Below, one piece after another: positions 6,717-10,637 of a stretch of DNA of 10,637 nucleotides. The notes beneath the pieces were generated by a model. That model saw nothing but the letters and a program-made list of their open reading frames with translations. It ran no database searches and was not told where the DNA came from. The first letter of the stretch is position 1; each line of letters opens with the position of its first letter. Both the position numbers and the translations under genes were made by a program. The stretch covers positions 1 through 10,637 of IMG/VR virus record IMGVR_UViG_2529292908_000010; one strand, given 5' to 3'. This stretch comes from a virus. Lineage: Duplodnaviria > Heunggongvirae > Uroviricota > Caudoviricetes.

Positions 6717-6937
6717 TTTTTTTCTTCATTTAATGGTAAGAAAAACCAATACTGAGGAAATCCCGTTACTTCAGATAGTTTATCTAGATTAGCTGCTGTA
6801 GGGCTTGAGATACCACAAACCCACCTTTGGACGGATTGTTGAGCAATACCAATTCTGCGCGCAAGTTCTGCTTGACTCCAGCCTTTTGTCAATAGAAGCA
6901 TCTTAATTCTAAGAGCACTAATTTCTAGTACGCCCAT
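6695..6937 (-). CDS. XRE-family HTH regulator, N-terminal part of a PaaR2-like regulator
   Basis: 80-aa ORF with classic XRE motif (LTKGWSQAELARRIGIAQQSVQRWVCG), first gene upstream of the antitoxin. Ends 5 codons after an A_AAA_AAG heptamer, beyond which the conserved C-terminal domain continues in the -1 frame. Confidence 0.75.
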   Translation of the reverse strand: MGVLEISALRIKMLLLTKGWSQAELARRIGIAQQSVQRWVCGISSPTAANLDKLSEVTGFPQYWFFLPLNEEKKTGHRVY

Positions 6938-7338
6938 TTGATATCTCTTGTTTTAGTATGTCTCTCGTCAGGCTCGGCGACCTTGCTGCGCCAACCAACG
7001 TGCAACAAGATCTTCCATTGCCTCTTTTTGTTTCTTAGTTCTTTTATGATCTCCTGCTGCTCATTATCAGGAAATGCACTAAATATTTGTAGCAATTCCA
7101 ATTGGTTAGGGGTTAATGCTATAGGTCTTGATGGCGGAGCTCCTGTTATGTCTTCTGGCTCAATATCAAGATAACCCCCTGGCATCCCATATGTTTGTTC
7201 AATACGTCTAGCCGCCTTTTCGCCAAACGTAGCTTTACCGCTCATTAATTGAGATAAGTAACTTTTCTCTTTAGGTGGCAAAGTCCTGTCTTTGAACCAC
7301 TCTTTGAGGCGTAAACGCCGAATCTCTTTTGTTTCCAT
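6925..7338 (-). CDS. Repressor-position HTH regulator (cI/RacR positional analogue), paralogous to the PaaR2-like regulator
   Basis: 137-aa ORF from ATG 7338 (track starts at GTG 7344), divergent from the Cro-like gene. N-terminal phage-repressor-like HTH (SYLSQLMSGKATFGEKAARRIEQTYGMPGGYLD); C-terminal domain (TPNQLELLQIFSAFPDNEQQEIIKELRNKK) homologous to the 6543..6716 segment. No SD, consistent with leaderless translation. Confidence 0.8.
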   Translation of the reverse strand: METKEIRRLRLKEWFKDRTLPPKEKSYLSQLMSGKATFGEKAARRIEQTYGMPGGYLDIEPEDITGAPPSRPIALTPNQLELLQIFSAFPDNEQQEIIKELRNKKRQWKILLHVGWRSKVAEPDERHTKTRDIKWAY

Positions 7339-7344
7339 ATACAC

Positions 7345-7373
7345 ATTATCTTTAGTAATTGCAAAATAAGCAA
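7345..7373 (-). promoter_or_regulatory. Putative pRM-like promoter giving a leaderless repressor mRNA
   Basis: Minus strand: -35 TTGCTT (7373-7368), 17-nt spacer, -10 GATAAT (7350-7345), placing the start site at or next to the A of the ATG at 7338. Motif-based only. Confidence 0.35.
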
Positions 7374-7377
7374 ATGC

Positions 7378-7407
7378 TTGACTAGTTTGTTTAGTTGTGT
7401 ATAAACT
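7378..7407 (+). promoter_or_regulatory. Putative pR-like promoter with overlapping 20-bp operator-like palindrome
   Basis: -35 TTGACT (7378-7383), 16-nt spacer, -10 TATAAA (7400-7405). Palindrome TGTTTA-N8-TAAACT at 7388-7407 overlaps the -10, 16/20 identical to the one at 5934-5953. Confidence 0.5.
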
Positions 7408-7439
7408 TTATGTGTTCTAAATGTGCAGAGATAAAAGTT

Positions 7440-7721
7440 ATGACGTTAAAGGAATTCATCAAATCATTAAAAACTGGAGAAGCCAAAAAATTTGCGGCCA
7501 ACCTTGGTGTGTCTCCGTCCTTCTTATCCCAAATGGCATCTGGAAATTCACCTGTGTCTCCTGTTCGTGCGTTGATGATAGAAGCTGAAACAGGAGGACA
7601 TGTTACAAGACGAGAGTTGAGGCCTAATGACTGGGAGCTTATATGGCCTGAATACACTGGAAGCACGCCTCCTTCACGTCACAAATATGAACTTAACTCC
7701 AAAAAGCTGATGGGGGGGTGA
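7440..7721 (+). CDS. Cro-like HTH protein (YdaS-type)
   Basis: 93 aa from ATG 7440 (upstream in-frame ATGs fall inside the promoter). Cro/YdaS-like motif KKFAANLGVSPSFLSQMASGNSPVSPVRALMIEAETGGHVTRRELRPNDWELIWPEY. Divergent from the repressor gene. Confidence 0.8.
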   Translation: MTLKEFIKSLKTGEAKKFAANLGVSPSFLSQMASGNSPVSPVRALMIEAETGGHVTRRELRPNDWELIWPEYTGSTPPSRHKYELNSKKLMGG

Positions 7722-7724
7722 TTC

Positions 7725-8162
7725 ATGAAAATCAAGCATGAGCACATCCGTATGGCGATGAATGCGTGGCTGCTTTATCCGAGAGTGGGGCGCAAAAAAA
7801 TCGCTGATGATATAGCAACAGCATATTTTGAGCTTGAAATGACTTATCCACCAATGCATGACACCTCTACGACAGAGGGTATTGGATTGAACATACAAAA
7901 TATTTTTCGCTGGCTTGAAAAGGATACGCCTGATGCTGTTGAAAAAATTCAGGCACTAATTCCGGCGATCCTGACTGTTCTTCCGCGTGAACTGCGTTAT
8001 CACCTCAGTATTTTTGACACTGTTGAGCGCCGTGCATTACTGGCGGCGCAGGAAGCGTTGAGCACGGCAATTGATGCACATGATGATGCAGTCCAGGCCG
8101 TTTACCGGAAAGCGTATTTCAGCGACGGCGGGTCATCCGGCGAGTCTGTTGTGGTGCATTGA
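7725..8162 (+). CDS. YdaT-family protein (CII-position regulator)
   Basis: 145-aa ORF starting 3 nt after the Cro-like stop, G-rich SD upstream. Size, sequence character and position match Rac YdaT-type proteins. Confidence 0.85.
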   Translation: MKIKHEHIRMAMNAWLLYPRVGRKKIADDIATAYFELEMTYPPMHDTSTTEGIGLNIQNIFRWLEKDTPDAVEKIQALIPAILTVLPRELRYHLSIFDTVERRALLAAQEALSTAIDAHDDAVQAVYRKAYFSDGGSSGESVVVH

Positions 8163-8248
8163 TATTTATGCCAGACCCCTGCTGATTCTGTTGATTGGGG
8201 AATCACAGAATATCACCAGAGGATGGTTCGTCACAAGATGAGGCAATT

Positions 8249-9262
8249 ATGGCCGCATTACCATACATGCAACTGTACATAGCTGATTACCTGGCTGACA
8301 CCATGCATTTGTCTGCAGAGGAGCACGGCGCGTATTTGTTGCTGATGTTTAATTACTGGCAAACAGGGAAACCAATACCTAAAAACAGGCTGGCAAAAAT
8401 TGCCCGTCTGACTAACGAGCGATGGGCTGATGTTGAACCATCCTTGCGGGAGTTTTTTTGCGATAACGGCGATGAATGGGTGCATCTTCGGATTGAGGAA
8501 GATCTGGCATCAGTCAGGGAAAAATTAACCAAAAAATCAGCCGCCGGAAAAGCATCTGTTCAGGCCAGAAGAAGCAGAAAGGAAGCATATGTTCAAACAA
8601 AACAAGAGAGAGATTTAACAGGTGTTCAAACAAATGTTGGTGTTGTGTTTGAACATGACGCAAACACAAAAGCAACTAATAAAGATACAGATCTAAAAGA
8701 ATTAAACCCCACACATAACGTGCGTGAGCGCGAGAGTATTCCGACCAGTGAGTTGCATGGTGCGCCGTTGCAGACAGCCGAACCTGAATACCTGGACGGC
8801 CTGAGCGAACCGATCGGGAAATTTTCGATGACCACTGTCTGGCAGCCGTCGCCGGATTTTCGACAACGGGCAGCAGTGTGGGGTATGGCTCTGCCTGAGC
8901 CGGAATTTACACCTGCTGAACTTGCCGCCTTCAGGGACTACTGGGCAGCTGAGGGGAAAGTTTTTACGCAGGTTCAGTGGGAGCAGAAATTCGCCCGTCA
9001 CGTAAATCACGTCAGGGCGCAGGTTAAACCAGTCAGCAAGGGGGTGCGTCATGCAGCAGCACCAGGTGGCACCGCATCACGGGCAGTTCGGGAAATTCGG
9101 GCAGCACGTGAGCAGTGGGAACGTGAAAACGGATTTGTCAGCGACGGAAACGGCGTGGAAGCTGTGGGAGCTCATGGGGGAGGTTTATTCAAACCGCTGG
9201 ACTCAGAAGAACGGGGCCGCACCTTCGAAGCTCTGGATTGCCCAGATTGGCGCGATGACTGA
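8249..9262 (+). CDS. Replication initiation protein (lambda O positional analogue; YdaU/DUF1376-like N-terminal domain)
   Basis: ATG at 8249 with GAGG 5 nt upstream (track starts at TTG 8195). N-terminal domain YMQLYIADYLADTMHLSAEEHGAYLLLMFNYWQTG is YdaU/DUF1376-like. Iteron-like repeats sit in the interdomain linker. The last ~70 codons overlap the P-like ORF and are low-complexity, so the true 3' end is uncertain. Confidence 0.8.
   Translation: MAALPYMQLYIADYLADTMHLSAEEHGAYLLLMFNYWQTGKPIPKNRLAKIARLTNERWADVEPSLREFFCDNGDEWVHLRIEEDLASVREKLTKKSAAGKASVQARRSRKEAYVQTKQERDLTGVQTNVGVVFEHDANTKATNKDTDLKELNPTHNVRERESIPTSELHGAPLQTAEPEYLDGLSEPIGKFSMTTVWQPSPDFRQRAAVWGMALPEPEFTPAELAAFRDYWAAEGKVFTQVQWEQKFARHVNHVRAQVKPVSKGVRHAAAPGGTASRAVREIRAAREQWERENGFVSDGNGVEAVGAHGGGLFKPLDSEERGRTFEALDCPDWRDD
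8590..8655. repeat. Iteron-like repeats (candidate replication origin) inside the O-like gene
   Basis: TGTTCAAACAAA at 8590-8601 and 8623-8634 (direct), TGTTTGAACA at 8646-8655 (inverted copy of the 10-mer core), followed by an A-rich stretch at 8661-8700. Confidence 0.4.
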
Positions 9263-9716
9263 ACAGCAAATCAGGCTGGTCTGCCGTCAGTGCATGGACC
9301 GCTGCCGGGCGGGTGAAACGTGGCCCCCGGACCTGGCTGAGTTTGTTGCGCTGATTTCGGAGAGTGGGGCAAATCCATTTGGTCTTACGGTGGATGCCGT
9401 GATGGAAGAGTACCGGCGCTGGCGCAATGAATCCTGGCGGTACGACGGGAGTGATAAATACCCGTGGCCACAGCCTGTGCTGTACCACATTTGCCTCGAG
9501 ATGCGCACCAGAGGGATTGAACGTCAGATGACTGAAAGTGAGCTGAAACGACTTGCAGAACGACTGTTGACCAAATGGGCAAAGAATGTTGGTAACGGCA
9601 TGAGTGTTCCGCCAGTGCGACGACAACTGGAAGGGCCAAAACACCCGCCAGGGCCAACGCCAATTGAGTTACTGAAACAGGAATATGAGCGCCGGAAAGC
9701 GGCTGGTTTTGTCTGA
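9051..9716 (+). CDS. Lambda P-like replication protein (helicase loader)
   Basis: 221-aa ORF, ATG at 9051 with AGGGGG SD. Collinear with lambda P from memory (WPPDLAEFVAL vs PSPGQFVAWC; YPWPQPVLYH...ELKRLAERLL vs YPWKSNAHYW...ELRRKAADEL). Start uncertain; internal ATG at 9174 is possible. Confidence 0.8.
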   Translation: MQQHQVAPHHGQFGKFGQHVSSGNVKTDLSATETAWKLWELMGEVYSNRWTQKNGAAPSKLWIAQIGAMTEQQIRLVCRQCMDRCRAGETWPPDLAEFVALISESGANPFGLTVDAVMEEYRRWRNESWRYDGSDKYPWPQPVLYHICLEMRTRGIERQMTESELKRLAERLLTKWAKNVGNGMSVPPVRRQLEGPKHPPGPTPIELLKQEYERRKAAGFV

Positions 9717-9749
9717 ATTTGAGAAATGATTTTGTCGGAGGAAATTTTA

Positions 9750-10463
9750 ATGGAAACCGTTTTTGACGCACTGAAAGCACTGAAAAGAGCCTCTTCACAG
9801 GAGGTGTCGGCCCGCCTTGGAATCAGCCGCGAAGATGCTGTCAACGAGCTGTGGAAGCTGAAACGCCGTGGTGAAGCAGATAACAAGGGGTCGATGTGGT
9901 GGCTGACGATTGAGGCAACTGAAATGGTCACAAAAACCACTGCGGAGATGCTGATTAACTCAATTGAACAGCATGGTCCTCAGTCGGCTGACGAACTGGC
10001 GTTAATGTTCGGGATTACCTCCCGCCGGGCGAATTCAACGCTGGCAATGGCAATAAGCAAAGGTCGTCTGATTCGAGTAAATCAGAACGGTAAATTTCGT
10101 TACTGCCTGTCGGGCGATAATTTACCAGCAGAGCCGAAAGCTGCATCGGTAACGGAAACTGCTGGTAAAGCCTTTCCTCAGACAGCAGGTGTTGCGTTAC
10201 CAGTCCGGGAAGCGGAAACACAGGAAGAAATTAAAACTGAAAGTGTGGCGGTCACAGTGCAGTCACAGCCGTCGTTCACCAGAAAGCATCCGGATAGTCT
10301 GATTTTACCATCGCTGCATGTGGCTAACCGCGAACTGCGCCGGGCAAAAGGTCAGGTTCAGAAGTGGGAGCGAGTCTGTGCTGCGCTGCGTGAGCTGAAC
10401 AAGCACCAGGATATTGTTCGACAGATTGTCGATTCCTCCAGTCGTATTGTGTCGGAAAAGTGA
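9750..10463 (+). CDS. Hypothetical protein with two winged-helix-like segments
   Basis: 237 aa from ATG 9750 with GGAGG 8 nt upstream (track start 9726 has no SD). Two HTH-like segments ([28 protein letters not shown]; [32 protein letters not shown]). Sits directly after the P-like gene. Confidence 0.75.
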   Translation: METVFDALKALKRASSQEVSARLGISREDAVNELWKLKRRGEADNKGSMWWLTIEATEMVTKTTAEMLINSIEQHGPQSADELALMFGITSRRANSTLAMAISKGRLIRVNQNGKFRYCLSGDNLPAEPKAASVTETAGKAFPQTAGVALPVREAETQEEIKTESVAVTVQSQPSFTRKHPDSLILPSLHVANRELRRAKGQVQKWERVCAALRELNKHQDIVRQIVDSSSRIVSEK

Positions 10464-10478
10464 TTGCCGGAGGTACTT

Positions 10479-10637
10479 ATGGCAAGAGTATTTACACAGG
10501 AAGAGCGGGAAGAAGTGAAGGCGCGCATTGTGGAATTCGTGCGCCTGAGCGGACGAGAAACTTTTCGACAACTGGCAGATAAAACGGGTGTCAGTAAGAC
10601 CGCTATTCGTCGTTTACCCAATCAAAAGCAGGGGTGA
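10479..10637 (+). CDS. Small hypothetical protein (52 aa) with HTH-like segment
   Basis: ATG at 10479 with GGAGG 7 nt upstream; TGA at 10635-10637 is the last codon of the window. Product MARVFTQEEREEVKARIVEFVRLSGRETFRQLADKTGVSKTAIRRLPNQKQG. Below the track cutoff; translated by hand. Confidence 0.5.
   Translation: MARVFTQEEREEVKARIVEFVRLSGRETFRQLADKTGVSKTAIRRLPNQKQG

Noticed and set aside
6088-7174. Plus-strand ORFs 6088..6390 and 6938..7174
   Set aside because: Antisense to the ParE toxin and the repressor genes respectively.
7391-7898. Minus-strand ORFs 7391..7666 and 7674..7898, and upstream ATGs at 7395 and 7410 of the Cro-like frame
   Set aside because: Antisense to the Cro-like and YdaT-like genes; the upstream ATGs fall inside the predicted promoter.
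8195-8248. TTG start at 8195 for the O-like gene (as in the ORF track)
   Set aside because: ATG at 8249 with GAGG 5 nt upstream is a better start; the extension adds a non-conserved-looking N-terminus.
8258-10621. Minus-strand ORFs across the replication region (8258..8485, 8626..8835, 8702..9052, 9189..9644, 9287..9508, 9385..9798, 9524..9940, 10015..10221, 10305..10571, 10358..10621)
   Set aside because: All antisense to well-supported plus-strand genes; typical shadow ORFs in GC-richer coding sequence.
1-10637. tRNA, rRNA, CRISPR array, IS element or attachment-site core
   Set aside because: No tRNA-like T-arm or acceptor motifs, no spaced direct-repeat array and no transposase ORF were seen. 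The integrase is the first gene, so attL should lie left of position 1.

Overview
This window reads as the left arm plus the early, immunity and replication regions of a lambdoid, Rac-like mosaic prophage from an enterobacterium. All calls are from reading the sequence and the ORF track; no database search was run, and family assignments rest on recognised motifs and recalled sequences. Leftward (minus strand): integrase (1..1119), overlapping excisionase, and an 823-aa exonuclease-VIII-like protein whose C-terminal nuclease domain looks DEDDh-type rather than RecE-type, with no annealase gene next to it. Then come two small overlapping unknown ORFs, a ~540-bp non-coding region bounded by a perfect 19-bp inverted repeat, and a rightward SieB-like membrane protein. 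The immunity region holds a repressor-position HTH gene followed on the same strand by a PaaR2-like regulator, a PaaA2-like antitoxin and a ParE toxin, i.e. a three-component toxin-antitoxin module in the position lambda uses for rexAB. The PaaR2-like regulator is split across two frames exactly at an A_AAA_AAG slippery heptamer, and the repressor gene has a second frame change near its 3' end. Two related 20-bp palindromes overlap the -10 elements of opposed promoters flanking this operon. Rightward: Cro-like (YdaS-type), YdaT-like, an O-position replication protein with iteron-like repeats, a lambda-P-like protein, a tandem winged-helix-like protein and a 52-aa ORF ending at the window edge. 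No tRNA, rRNA, CRISPR array or IS element was seen; the attachment site lies outside the window.
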